Below the pieces are notes generated by a model. That model worked only from the letters and a program-made list of their open reading frames with translations. It did not search any database and was not told where the DNA came from. A stretch of 64,000 bases of DNA from Octopus bimaculoides (Eukaryota). The position numbers and the translations under genes were made by a program. The stretch lies in assembly GCF_001194135.2 (NCBI RefSeq), contig NC_068982.1, positions 126,604,799 through 126,668,798 on the forward strand, given 5' to 3'. Each line of letters begins with the position of its first letter. Position 1 is the first letter of the stretch. Positions 23,651 through 35,392 of the stretch are shown here, piece by piece.

Positions 23651-25100
23651 GTCATCATCATCATTATCATCATTGTTTAACGTCCGTTTTCCATGCTAGC
23701 ATGGGTTGGACGGTTTGACCTGGGTCTGGGAAGACAGGAGGCTGCACCAGGCTCCAGTCTGATCTGGCAGTGTTTCTACAGCTGGATGCCCTTCCTAATG
23801 CCAACCACTCCATGAGTGAAGTGGGTGCTTTCTATGTGCCACCAACACAGGGGCCAGAGGAGACTGGCAACGGCCACAATTGGTTGGTGCTTTTTATGTG
23901 CCACAAGGCATGGAAGCCAGTCAAGGCGGTACTGGCATCGGCCACGTTCGGATGGTGCTTCTTACAAGCCACCGGCATAGGTATCACAACTACAATTTCC
24001 ATTTGATTTTTATTTTGATGTTGATGTACTTGACTCAATAGGCCTCCTCAAGCACAGCAGGTTGCCCTATAACCCAAGGTACTTTTGAATGGGCTGGGGC
24101 TGGTTATGTGAAACTGGTGTAGGATACAGCCATGAACTCACTTTATTTGCCAGGTCTTCACAGGCACAGCATATCTCCAGAGGTCTCGGTCTTTCGTCAT
24201 TGCCTCTGTGAGGCCCACCGTTCGAAGGTCATGCTCGACCACCACATCTCATGTCTTCTGGGGTCTACCTCTACCCCGGATTCCTTCAACTGTTTGGGAG
24301 TGGCACTTCTTCGCACATCTCTCCTCATCCATCTGTAGTACATGACCACACCAGTGCAAACGTCTCTCTTGAACGCCACATCCGATGCTTCTTATGTCCA
24401 ACATTTCTCTCAGTGTGCTTACACTGTCGTGTGTGCACACTGACATTACACATCCAGCGGATCATACTAGCTTCATTTCTTTCGAGCCTACGCATGTCCT
24501 CTACAGTCACGGCCCATGTTTCACTGCCATGAAGCATGGCAGTTCACACACATGCATCGTACAATCTACCTTTCACTCTGAGCGAGAGGCCCTTTGTCAC
24601 CAGTAGGGGTAGAAGCTTTGTGAACTTTGCCCAGGCTATTCTTATTCTAGTCGTAACACTCTCTGAGCATCCACTCCCACTACTAACTTGGTCACCTAGG
24701 TAGTGGAAGCTATCAACTACTTCTAGTTTCTCACCATGACATGTGATGGAATCTGTTTTCTGAGCATCTATGGTGTTTATTGCCCCTGTGCATCTGCCGC
24801 ACACGAAAGCTAACTTCTCAGTTAATCTTCCTTTGATGTTGCTGCACGTCTTATGTGTCCAAAGCTTACACTGAGTACATCTTATGAAGTTTCTACCTAC
24901 ACCTTTTCTACAGATTGAGCAGGGCCACCTACCTGAGGGTGTGTGTGATGAGTTTGCCTTCCTACTTACAAGAAATTTGGTCTTTGCTACATTGACTCTA
25001 AGGCTTTTTGATTCTAAACCTTGTTTCCACACCCAAAATTTCTTTGTTAGTTCTGGTAGTGATTCTGCTATGAAGGCCAGGTCATCAGTATAGAGGAGCT
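23650..25100 (-). mobile_element. Longest family A RTE LINE copy: RT C-terminal half with PHD-type insert, ORF2 end, 3'UTR, (gat)n tail
   Basis: LLYTDDL (degenerate YADD) at ~25075-25097; ORF 24544-25032 ..LRVNVAKTK..[C4HC3]..LEVVDSFHYLGD..RIRIAWAKF; LHGSETWAV; RLHWCGHVLQM..GRPQKT. Confidence 0.93.
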
Positions 25101-25124
25101 AGTTGAGTATATATAAAAACTCAA

Positions 25125-25209
25125 ATCGGACTGGAACCTGGCGCAGCCTTCCACCATGCCAGCCCAGTTAAACCTTCCAACCCATTCCAGCATGGACAAC
25201 AAACGTTAA

Positions 25210-25248
<39 letters not shown>

Positions 25249-25252
25249 ATGA
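25125..25252 (+). mobile_element. Family A extreme 3' end
   Basis: ctggaacctggcgcagcc..cgttaaa(tga)n. Confidence 0.8.
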
Positions 25253-26137
25253 TATATATATAGATGTTTATCAATTCTTGTACTTTTGTTATATATATAT
25301 CAATTCTTGTACTTTTGTTATATATATATATCTATCTATNNNNNNNNNNNNNNNNNNNNNNNNNNNNNNNNNNNNNNNNNNNNNNNNNNNNNNNNNNNNN
25401 NNNNNNNNNNNNNNNNNNNNNNNNNNNNNNNNNNNNNNNNNNNNNNNNNNNNNNNNNNNNNNNNNNNNNNNNNNNNNNNNNNNNNNNNNNNNNNNNNNNN
25501 NNNNNNNNNNNNNNNNNNNNNNNNNNNNNNNNNNNNNNNNNNNNNNNNNNNNNNNNNNNNNNNNNNNNNNNNNNNNNNNNNNNNNNNNNNNNNNNNNNNN
25601 NNNNNNNNNNNNNNNNNNNNNNNNNNNNNNNNNNNNNNNNNNNNNNNNNNNNNNNNNNNNNNNNNNNNNNNNNNNNNNNNNNNNNNNNNNNNNNNNNNNN
25701 NNNNNNNNNNNNNNNNNNNNNNNNNNNNNNNNNNNNNNNNNNNNNNNNNNNNNNNNNNNNNNNNNNNNNNNNNNNNNNNNNNNNNNNNNNNNNNNNNNNN
25801 NNNNNNNNNNNNNNNNNNNNNNNNNNNNNNNNNNNNNNNNNNNNNNNNNNNNNNNNNNNNNNNNNNNNNNNNNNNNNNNNNNNNNNNNNNNNNNNNNNNN
25901 NNNNNNNNNNNNNNNNNNNNNNNNNNNNNNNNNNNNNNNNNNNNNNNNNNNNNNNNNNNNNNNNNNNNNNNNNNNNNNNNNNNNNNNNNNNNNNNNNNNN
26001 NNNNNNNNNNNNNNNNNNNNNNNNNNNNNNNNNNNNNNNNNNNNNNNNNNNNNNNNNNNNNNNNNNNNNNNNNNNNNNNNNNNNNNNNNNNNNNNNNNNN
26101 NNNNNNNNNNNNNNNNNNNNNNNNNNNNNNNNNNNNC

Positions 26138-26445
26138 ATAAATGAGGTTACTCGAGGAACAAGAGAAATTGGTTTTAATTTTAAACTTTGTTCCTCGTTT
26201 GAAGGTAAATTCAGAGCCTTCAAGTAGGTAAGGGCAGGTGCCACAATTAGGGCGTGCACATTTTTTAACTGATGGGGGTGGAAGTGGTGTATGTACTTTT
26301 TTGTACTTCTTTGTAAAAAAAATTTTCATTCTCCTTCTTGATAATTTGCTTCATCGCAATGAAAACCGGTTAGAAAAAATCTTCATTAAATTGTGCTCCC
26401 AGTTCAGCATTCTGGCTTTTTTACATTTTCCTATATATATATATA
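26138..26445 (-). mobile_element. Penelope-like element fragment (Cys-rich linker leading into GIY-YIG), cut by gap
   Basis: VKKCARPNCGTCPYL..FKIKTNFSCSSSNLIY matches the PLE C..C..C...F.C.S.NLIY motif. Confidence 0.85.
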
Positions 26446-27019
26446 TATATATATATTAATTCTAGTGTATCTTCTATTACTGGGATTGTTTGAGTTTTCA
26501 ACCTTCACATTCTGTTTTTATTTCTAAGTTCTTATTCTTAGACAGCTCCTCTTGCTCATTCAGGGAAATGTTTTCCATTCACTGGAACTGAAATTCCTAT
26601 TAACATGAGCTCTCCTCTCTCTCCCTCTCTCCCTCCCTCTCCATCTCTCTCTCACTCTCACTCTCTGAGGGCCTTTACAATAGCAGCTGTATCTCAGTAA
26701 CAATAATTGAAACTTCTATTTAGCAGGAAATTGTTCTCTCTGTGGTTTTTAACAATAACAGATAGAAAGATGTTTTATTTGACTGTCTACAATAATATGA
26801 CAGAATGGCAAATAATATAAAGCTGAAAGTTAGACAATCAGAAAAAAGGCAGTGTTCTTAGTCTGAGTTGTCTTCTACAACTTTTGCTTTTTCAAAAGGA
26901 AAATAGAGAATAGAGAATAACATTGAAGATAAGAAAATCACATGACAGAACATGAAATATAGAATGAAATACGATTCAAAAACAAGCATAGAAATATCAT
27001 ATATAAAATATAAACAAAA

Positions 27020-27186
27020 ATATCATCATCATCATCATCTGTGCCATTGTCGTTGTCATTGTCATCACCACTGTCATTGGTGTTGTTATCCTCGTCGTTG
27101 TCATCATCGTTGTCATCATAGTTGTTGTTGTCGTCATTGTCCTCCTCCTCCTCCTCCTCATCATCATCATCATCACCATCATCATT

Positions 27187-27222
<36 letters not shown>

Positions 27223-27450
27223 GTCGTCGTCGTCGTCGTCGTCATGGTTGTCATCATTTAATGTCCCCTTTTCTATGCTGGTATGGGTTGGCTAGTTTGA
27301 CAGAAACCACCAAGCCAGAGGGTTACATTGATCTCCTGTATCTGCTTCGGTACGGTTTCCATTTTCGAGTGCTCTCCCTAACACCAACCATTTTACAGAG
27401 TGTACCAGACACACATGCAGACACACACACACACACACTGGCACTCCATG
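27020..27450 (-). mobile_element. Family A 3' end with expanded (CAT/CGT/CCT)n tail
   Basis: Tract 27020-27250 abuts catttaatgtcccc..atgctgg..ctccctaacaccaaccat. Confidence 0.7.
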
Positions 27451-27454
27451 GGTT

Positions 27455-27620
27455 GTTACAACAGCGAGTGTTCCAATTGATCTGATCAATGGTACAGCCT
27501 ATTCACAAAATTAGCATGCAAGTGGCTGAGTGCTTCACAGACATAGTTCTCAGGGAGAGTCAGTATGATACAGAATGTAAAAAAGGCTGAAGCTTTTGAA
27601 TTACAGGTTCAACTCATCTC
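27455..27620 (-). mobile_element. Family E SINE 3' fragment
   Basis: gcaagtggctgagtgct..ttctcagggagagtcag. Confidence 0.7.
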
Positions 27621-27747
27621 AGTGTCCATTATAATCCAGTTTTAGATGAAAGTATTATGAAAATTAGAGCTTTGCAAGGAAAAGATAGATGGCTTCATAT
27701 TCACTTACTCTCAGGATTATCTAAAATTAAATAATCATTGTTTTTAG

Positions 27748-28005
27748 GTTGTATCTTGGGAGGGTCATTATGCCAATTATAAACACACATACTGCTTTTA
27801 TTTAACTTCTTTTATTATCCTTCATCAGCTAACTATCAATTTAACTAATAAACTAATGAATTATTTAACTAGTCATTTTTTCTCTCAATCAATCACCTAG
27901 GTTCATAAGACTCTTTTTGTCAGTGATATGCACTCTCTATTTCAGGACTGCCATGGGTCTATCTGTCTTCTTTATATTTGCATAATGGCCCTTCCAAGAT
28001 ACAAC
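27748..28005. mobile_element. MITE with ~35-bp TIRs
   Basis: gttgtatcttgggagggtcattatgccaattataaa versus tttatatttgcataatggcccttccaagatacaac; the same terminus recurs at ~52000-52028. Confidence 0.65.
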
Positions 28006-28480
28006 AAAATCTGTTTCAACACATGAGTTCCCATCAAGAATCTTGCAAACCAAATGCAAAAGGATACAATCAGTAACGGCACAGATTAAGTTTGGAATAT
28101 TTTTGGGTGAAGTAAAAGCTGCAATTATGGTAATCCAATGCATCTTAACCATTCAGACATTGTGGAGCAGTTTTTCATCCATTATTTAGCCAAAGGTAAT
28201 ATGCAATTTGCTGTTCCAGAATGATTTTAAACCTTTGTTGATTGTTGTAAGAAGATGAGAGCTGAATTAACAAAACTTGATTTTGGAAATATTCAAAATA
28301 TTTTGTGGTGCTTATTAAAAATTGTCATGAACTGAATTATGATTATACCACCAACGTGTCTGGCATGTACAATTATACCTAAAAGGACATTATTGCTGTT
28401 AATCCATTGTACAATTATCATTCTTGTATCTGCCTTTTGCTAAACACATACACACATTTATATGTATATACATACATACA

Positions 28481-28511
<31 letters not shown>

Positions 28512-28518
28512 GTGTGTT

Positions 28519-28552
<34 letters not shown>

Positions 28553-28790
28553 TATGGGTCAGATTCTATGGCATATTGCACTGAGGCAATAACATTTTTG
28601 GAGTAGTGCAAACAGTTTAGAATTTGCTTTCTTACAGTCTCCACTGCCGGACTATTCTCAAGGAAATTGTGGGTGAATCCATCCATGCTGTCAGGTGATT
28701 GTTGAGTGGACCAAGTTGTCAAGTGTGCAACCATCTGCTGCCCATCTTGCAAGAATACAATATGTACTAAAGAAATTTCTATCTCTCAAC

Positions 28791-28918
28791 CTTGTCAAAA
28801 ACTGCAAATGAATTTGAAGATGTAACGAAATATCTGTCATCCTTCATTTGTATCCTGATGACATCAATGTCATTGGAGTTCTCATACAAATCAACATTAG
28901 AAATAACATTAACCAGGT
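28791..28918 (-). CDS. Candidate exon ([43 protein letters not shown]), WD40-like
   Basis: 128 nt, acceptor ctattgcatctcag, donor aag|gttgag, open non-repetitive frame; RYFVTSS..VFD resembles WD strands. Confidence 0.4.
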
Positions 28919-29019
28919 CTGAGATGCAATAGTGAACACAGGAGATTCAATTGTAGCATTGTTCTTGAATTAGCTATGTGGGGAATGGTTAGCCATTTTA
29001 TCCATCCATTCGTTTGTCC

Positions 29020-29160
29020 ATCTGTCCGTTCGTCCATCCATCTGCCTGTCTGTCCGTCCATCCATCCATCCATCCATCCATCCATCCATCTATCATTTAT
29101 CCATCCAGCCAGCCAGCCAGCCAGCCAACCACCCATCCAGCCGGCCAGCCTGCCATCCAT
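29020..29160. repeat. (CCAT)n/(CCAG)n tetranucleotide tract
   Basis: Directly visible. Confidence 0.95.
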
Positions 29161-29164
29161 CCAC

Positions 29165-29580
29165 TTTCTCAGCCCACTATGCTCAGGAGGGTCATGGGGC
29201 TGAGTCCTCAGGTACCTCTTCTACATGGTCCTGAAAGCAACTGTCATTACACTTCCTGGTGGCTGGATCCCCAAACATGATCAACTGAGACTATGGATGT
29301 TATCCAACCATCTTAATCTTGGTCTACCCTTAGATCTCCTACTAATTGGCTCAGTTTGAAAAATCTGTCTTGTGATTCTTTCCAGTAACATTCTCATCAC
29401 ATGACTTTAGAATCAGAGGTGTTACTTCTCAATGTGGAGAAGTAGCAGCTTGACTTGGAGAGACTCGCTGATCTCTGAGCTATGCACCCTGTCAAGTTCA
29501 GTTATTCCAGAGATCCTTTGGAAGAACTCCCTTTCATCTGCTTATATTCACAATCATAGTCTCTCCTTGTACTCATCCAT
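29165..29580 (-). mobile_element. Third RTE-type LINE ORF2 C-terminal remnant
   Basis: My translation: FFQRISGITELDRVHSSEISESLQV..HVMRMLLERITRQIF..SKGRPRLRWLDNI. Confidence 0.75.
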
Positions 29581-29679
29581 TTTAAATTAAACAAAAACTG
29601 GTGGCTTAAGACAACAGTAAAGCAGTTTGATGTTGCAAACACAATTAATAGATTCTTCTAAGTTCTGTGGTAATATTGG

Positions 29680-29882
29680 TTTCAAATTTTGGCACAAGGC
29701 CAGTAATTTCTAGGAAGAGTGTAAGTCAATTACATCGACTCTAGTTCTCAACTGGTGCTTATTTTATCAACCCCAAGAGGATGAAAGGCAAAGTCGACCT
29801 CAGCAGCATTTGAACTCAGAACATAAAGATGGATGAAATGTTGCTAAGTGTTTTTCCAAGGTATGCTAATTCTGCCAGCTCT
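29680..29882 (-). mobile_element. Family C SINE
   Basis: ggcacaaggcc..gatgaaaggcaaagtcgacctc..tgctaattctgccagct. Confidence 0.85.
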
Positions 29883-30069
29883 CTGATTTTTATTGTTCTG
29901 TGGTAATACTGAAGCATGACAGAAGAGGACCTTAGGCTTACGGGCCAAAGATTATTGGACAAATACTCAGATAATCTCAGAAACTGTATCAACAGAAGGG
30001 GAAATAAAGCATCATACTTTGGTGAAGATATGAGGTCACATAAACTTTTAAACACAATAGAAATGTACA

Positions 30070-30260
30070 AATGAGATGATATATTTCCAAAACTGTGTGT
30101 TGAGAGTATTCTATCTATTGTCAGTATTGGTAGTATCTGCTGAGAGCACTTTTGACAAACTAAAGCTCATTAATAGCTTCTTGCGGAACATGATGACATA
30201 GGAAAGACTGAATGACCTAGCTGTCCATAGAATTGAGAACAAACTTAAAGGAGAATGAAT
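30070..30260 (+). pseudogene. hAT transposase C-terminal dimerisation domain remnant
   Basis: My translation: VVSAESTFDKLKLINSFLRNMMT*ERLNDLAVHRIE, matching hAT SAERSFSKLKLIKNYLRSTMSQERL..LA. Confidence 0.75.
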
Positions 30261-31741
30261 TTCAATGTAATAAAAAAAAGCCAAAAATTTCTGCTTTGAA
30301 AAGGATACACAAAGCATGTTTTCTTTAGCTATATGAATTTCCAGTTCTGCATTAGGAAACTCATTAAAGTAATTCTTGATAATGTGTTTAAACTTTCAAT
30401 AAATTATCCATCTAATTGAACAGATGTTAACTTTTTTTTTTATTTTCACAAAATGATATCATTGATTGTTAAAGGTCTTTATTCATAGGAAATTTCACAA
30501 TGGGAATAGGTTCTTAACACTATGAGTTAGTGGTCTAAAGACTAGAAATATTGCTAAAATTGCAAAAAGTCTAGTGTCTCCAAATCTTAGACTCTCGTAC
30601 CTGCTGGAAAGAGGAGCAGAGCATGTGCTCTTAGTTCTAGCACCAGACTTCACTACAACAATTAGTAGTCTTCATCTGAGTGTGTGTACAGATGTTCTCA
30701 TTGATAGGTGTTCTTAAACTCCTCTGTCTTGGCCATAAAACTCTAATAAATAGATGGAGATCAAGAACCAAGCCTTAATGAACACATGCTTGCACACTGA
30801 AACAGCTGGTAACTCCCACTTTCTGACAGTGTTTCTGTCCATGACATGCATGGCTCACACAAAGTGCTTCACACAGTCAACAAATGCTAGGTATTATCGC
30901 TTGATATATGCTAATAACTTCTGTTGCAGTTATTGCATTGGAAAGAGGGTGTCAGTGATTTTTCATTTCAAAACCTGAACTGTATCACATTAGAAAAAAC
31001 GGTATTAGTTGCACCCTATACCAGTACAATCATGAACTGTATCTCATCTTCTTTATTAGTTGTGTTACAACTTATGTTACTTTCATAACTTGATGACTTC
31101 TGTAGTCAAGAAAAACTAATATTAGTAAAAGATTATTATTATTTTCATTTATTTAACAAATATGGGAGACAACTACTGATGTGTTTCAATATTATTCTAA
31201 CCTTTTTAGTGAAACATAGTATCTTCACCATACTTGTCAGAGGAGTGATGAGGGAATCATTAAATAATACATAACATTGTACACTGATTCTATAGTCAGT
31301 GCTGGAAAGTCCTTGGTCATAAAAGAACTCAACCAAGGTTGGCCTGGGGCTAAATATCAACAACAATCTGAGTGTAAATTTGCTGGTATTGGTCAACAAA
31401 ATCGCTTACAAAATACTTAAATTAAGAACATCATTCATGTGAAAATTAAAAGTTATTATTAACATATTTATTGCAAGTAACACTAAAGAAGCTAAATTAC
31501 ATAACTACAAGTAAACAACTGACAACAGGTTTTGTTGCCAAAACATTCATCAGATTTCTACTTGAAATGAAGATCTTTCTTGTCATATAAGACACAAAAA
31601 TAAGATTGGTAGCATCAAATACTTACTGCATACTATAGAAGAGACAAGGAAAGATGTTTAGCCTGTTTCTAGTGATATTTAAATTCCTTCTGTTAGAAAA
31701 CAAAATTATGTAACAAAATTATTATTATTATTATTATTATT

Positions 31742-32245
31742 ACGTTGTTTTTTTTTTCTTCTTTCTCCAAATTTTCTTCCATTTCTCGCCGAGTGTTTTC
31801 CGTACACCTAGGGCAGAGAAGCTCATTGTATGCATTCCCAGTTTACACATGCAAATTCACAGGTAAAATATGTATTTAAAAAAAAAACTTAATAAATAAA
31901 TAAATTCATGAATGGATGTTGTTTTCACAGCGATAATGCTCTTCTCAGTACATGATTTGTTCCAGTTAACATGATTTTTTTGCACTTCTTGTAGGGATGG
32001 TAAGCCTGGTATCATTTTCAAATAGGCTTCAGTACCTTTTTTTATCATTCTTAGAGATCCTACAATCACTGGTATGGTAGTTGCCCTGAGATGCCACATT
32101 TTTTCAATTTCTATTAGCAAATCTTTATATTTACTGATCTTGTCAAATTCTTTCGCCGCTATATTATGATCGCAAGGAATACTCATGTCAATTAATAAAC
32201 ACATCTTCTTTGTCTGATCTTTTATAATGATATCCGGTTTATTAG
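31742..32245 (-). mobile_element. R4/Dong-like LINE 3' end (REL endonuclease plus 3'UTR) flanked by (TAA)n on both sides
   Basis: NKPDIIIKDQTKKMCLLIDMSIP..KEFDKISKYKDLLIEIEKMWHL..IPVIVGSL (PD..D..K); (tta)n at 31718-31742 and 32245-32375. Confidence 0.92.
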
Positions 32246-32246
32246 C

Positions 32247-32342
<96 letters not shown>

Positions 32343-32375
32343 TATTATTATTATCATTATTTTTATTATTATTAT
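32245..32375. repeat. (TTA)n microsatellite
   Basis: Directly visible. Confidence 0.97.
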
Positions 32376-33140
32376 AATTGAGTGAGAGAGCAGTGCATAC
32401 CATCAAAGTGACACTGGGGTAAAATATACAAAGCCCAGTATACCTATCATGACTAACCATCTGATAAGGGCACACCAGGCACATGCATCACAACCACATG
32501 TGCATGACATGGTGATCTCATATCAAGATAAACAGTGCATGACCTTGCAGGTGAGGCCCAGTTAGAATTTTCTTCAGGTTGAGTAGCCCATCCTGCTCAA
32601 AAAGTCCCTGAATAAGGGTTGTTTAAGGATGTTGAATGAAACACACATGCTTCCATAGATGAATTATCCAAACCCCAAAGAATATCTCTCGAACTGGCTC
32701 CTCTGCAAGTGACATGTAAAAACACTATTTGAGCATGGCCATTGCCAGTACCGCCTGACTGGCCCTCATGCCAGAGTCACGTAAAAGCACCCACTACACT
32801 CTCGGAATGGTTGGCACTAGGAAGCGCATCCAGCTGTAGAAACTCTGCCAGATCAGATTGGAGCCTGGTGCAGCCATCTGGCTCACCAGTCCCCAGTCAA
32901 ACTGTCCAACCCATGACAGCATGGAAAGCGGACGTTAAATGATGATGATGATGATGATATGGCTATGATGCTCCCCGACTACTTCTGCTCATGATCAGAG
33001 ATGCACATATCATCAGCCACCAAGGGACATGCTCAACTGGTTAAGNNNNNNNNNNACCAAGGGACATGCTCAACTGGTTAAGGTCAAGCAACTGACAAGC
33101 AAATCTGTGGTATTGAGCAGAATATTTGCTGTAACCCATC
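32376..33140 (-). mobile_element. Unclassified ~480-bp non-coding element within (TAA)n, interrupted by family A
   Basis: Higher-GC, non-microsatellite block bounded by TTA tracts (32245-32375, 33140-33295); halves at 32376-32689 and 32959-33140. Confidence 0.55.
32690..32958 (+). mobile_element. Family A RTE 3' end
   Basis: Standard motifs and (gat)n tail. Confidence 0.9.
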
Positions 33141-33249
33141 TTATTATTTTATTATTATTGTTATCATTATTGTTGCTGTAGTTGTTGTTGTTGTTGTCGT
33201 CGTCATCGTCATCGTCGCCATCATCATCATCATCGTTATCATCATTTTG

Positions 33250-33296
<47 letters not shown>

Positions 33297-33610
33297 GAAC
33301 ATTTGCTGGTAATAAGTTTACCCATCAAAAAAAGAGAGGAGGAGGAGAAAGAGGGAGAGAAGGAGAGAGAGGGAGAGAGAAGAGGAGAGAGAAAGAAATG
33401 AGAGAAGGAGAGAGATGTAGACATGTTCAGCTGCATTATTCAAGTTCATATTTAGAATAGTAATCAGCATTTAATTAACAAGCAGATGTCTTGGTTTAAA
33501 CATAGGCACTAAGTCAGGTATTTTGTAAGGAGTAACTAATAGAAAAATTCTGTTTCTATTTATAACTCTGAAGTTTTATTTTGCCATAGAAATAATTAGT
33601 TACATACCAG

Positions 33611-33672
<62 letters not shown>

Positions 33673-33689
33673 GCCATATACTTTTTTTG

Positions 33690-33821
33690 TGATGGTTATG
33701 TGGTTAAGAAGCTCACTTTGCAACTGCCTGGTTCTGGGTTCAGTTCCACTCTGCACTGCTTTGAGCAAATGTCTTCTACTATAGCCCCAGAATGAACTTG
33801 GCAGATGATAATTATGTGGTA

Positions 33822-33864
<43 letters not shown>

Positions 33865-34062
33865 ATACATGTGTCTTTGTATTTCTGTTTGTTCATCTGT
33901 CTTCCATTTGACAACTGGTACTGGTTTGTTTATGTCTCTGGAACTTAGCACTGTGGCGAAAGAAACCAATGGAATAAGTATCGGGAGCGATTTCTTCAAC
34001 TAAACCTTCCAAGATGGTGCTCCATCATGGCCACAGTCCAATGACTGAAAACAAATAAAAGA
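33690..34062 (+). mobile_element. Family B SINE, diverged, internal (TG)n
   Basis: Head, microsatellite and tail are collinear. Confidence 0.8.
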
Positions 34063-34082
34063 TTACTTTTTATATGTTATAT

Positions 34083-34955
34083 GAATACACGACAGAGTGT
34101 AAGCACCTTGAGAGGAAAGTTAGACATAAGAAGCTTCAGATGTGGTGTGCAAGAGAGACAACTGTGCTGGTATGGTCATGTGTTGTGAATGGATAAGAAC
34201 AGCTGTGTGACAATGTGTCACACCCTAGCAGTAGAGGGAACCTGTGGAAGAGGAAGACCTGGGATGAGGTGGTGAAGCATGACCTTCGAAAGTTGGGCCA
34301 TAGGGAGGCGATAATAAGGAGATATGCTGTGCTTGAGAAGACCCGGCAAGCCAAGTGAGACTGTAACTGTGGCCTATGCCAGTGCAGCATAACCAACCCA
34401 TTTAAGAGTACCCTTCAATCATTGGGCAATAAGCTGCACTTGAAAAGGCCTGTTGAGTCAAGTGAAGTTGTTGTTGTGGCCGATGACAGTACCGCCTGAT
34501 TGGCACCCGTGCTGGTGGCACGTAAAAAGCACCATTTGAGCGTAGTCAATGCTAGTGCCGCTTGACTGGTCCCATGCCAGTGGACATAAAAAGCACCATT
34601 TGAGTGTGATTGGTGCCAGTGCCACCTGACTCGATCCCGAGCCAGTGGCATGTAAAAAGCACCATTCGAGTGTGGTCGATGCCAGTGTCAGCTGACAGGT
34701 CCCATGACAGTGGCACATAAAAAGCACCATTCAAGCATGGTCGATGCCAGTACCGCCTGACTGGTTCTCATGCTGGTGGCATGTAAGACGAACCCACTAC
34801 ACTCTCACAGTGGTTGGCATTAGGAAGGGCATCCAGCTGTAGAAACTTTGCCAGATCAGATTGGAGCCTGGTGCAGCCATCTGGCTTGCCAGTCCTCAGT
34901 CAAATCATTCAACTCATGGAAAGCAGACGTTAAACGACGATGATGATGATAATGA
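34083..34955 (+). mobile_element. Family A RTE: ORF2 C-terminus plus 3'UTR with 5 tandem units
   Basis: TRQSVSTLRGKLDIRSFRCGVQERQLCWYGHVL*M..GRGRP..EKTRQAK*; units at ~34486-34790. Confidence 0.92.
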
Positions 34956-34967
34956 TGTGTATATAAA

Positions 34968-35392
34968 AGGTACAGGTGCAAGTGTGTGGTAGGAAATTTG
35001 CTTCCCAGCTGCATGGTTCCAGGTTCAGTACCACATGGTATCTTGGGCAAGTGTCTTCTAATAAAGCCTTGGTTCAACCGAAACCTTGTGAGTGGATTTG
35101 GTAGATAGAAACTGAAAGAATCCCATCACACACACACACACACGTGTGTGTGTGTGTATGTGTTTGTGTATGTGTGTGTGTGTTTGTTTATGTGACTATG
35201 TCAGTGGTTGTGTTTGTCACCCCACTGCTGCTTGGCAACTGGCGTTGGTGTGTTTACATCCCTGTAACTTAGCAGTTCGGCAAAAGAGACTGATAGAATA
35301 AATACTTGGCTTACAGAGAATAAATCCTGGGGGTGATTTCTTCAACTCTCCAGCATGGCCGGCCACAGTCAAATGACTGAAACAAATAAAAA
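34968..35392 (+). mobile_element. Family B SINE
   Basis: caggtgcaagtgtgtggtagg..(ca)(tg)n..gactgaaacaaataaaa. Confidence 0.85.

Noticed and set aside
28636-28745. Minus-strand exon QQMVAHLTTW..SPAVET
   Set aside because: Would need a 45-56-nt intron after 28791 and overlaps an equally good plus-strand exon candidate; unresolved.
34486-34790. CRISPR-like repeat array (also 11340-11640 and 17270-17580)
   Set aside because: Whole ~65-bp units are repeated with no unique spacers, they lie inside an RTE 3'UTR, the context is eukaryotic, and there are no cas genes.
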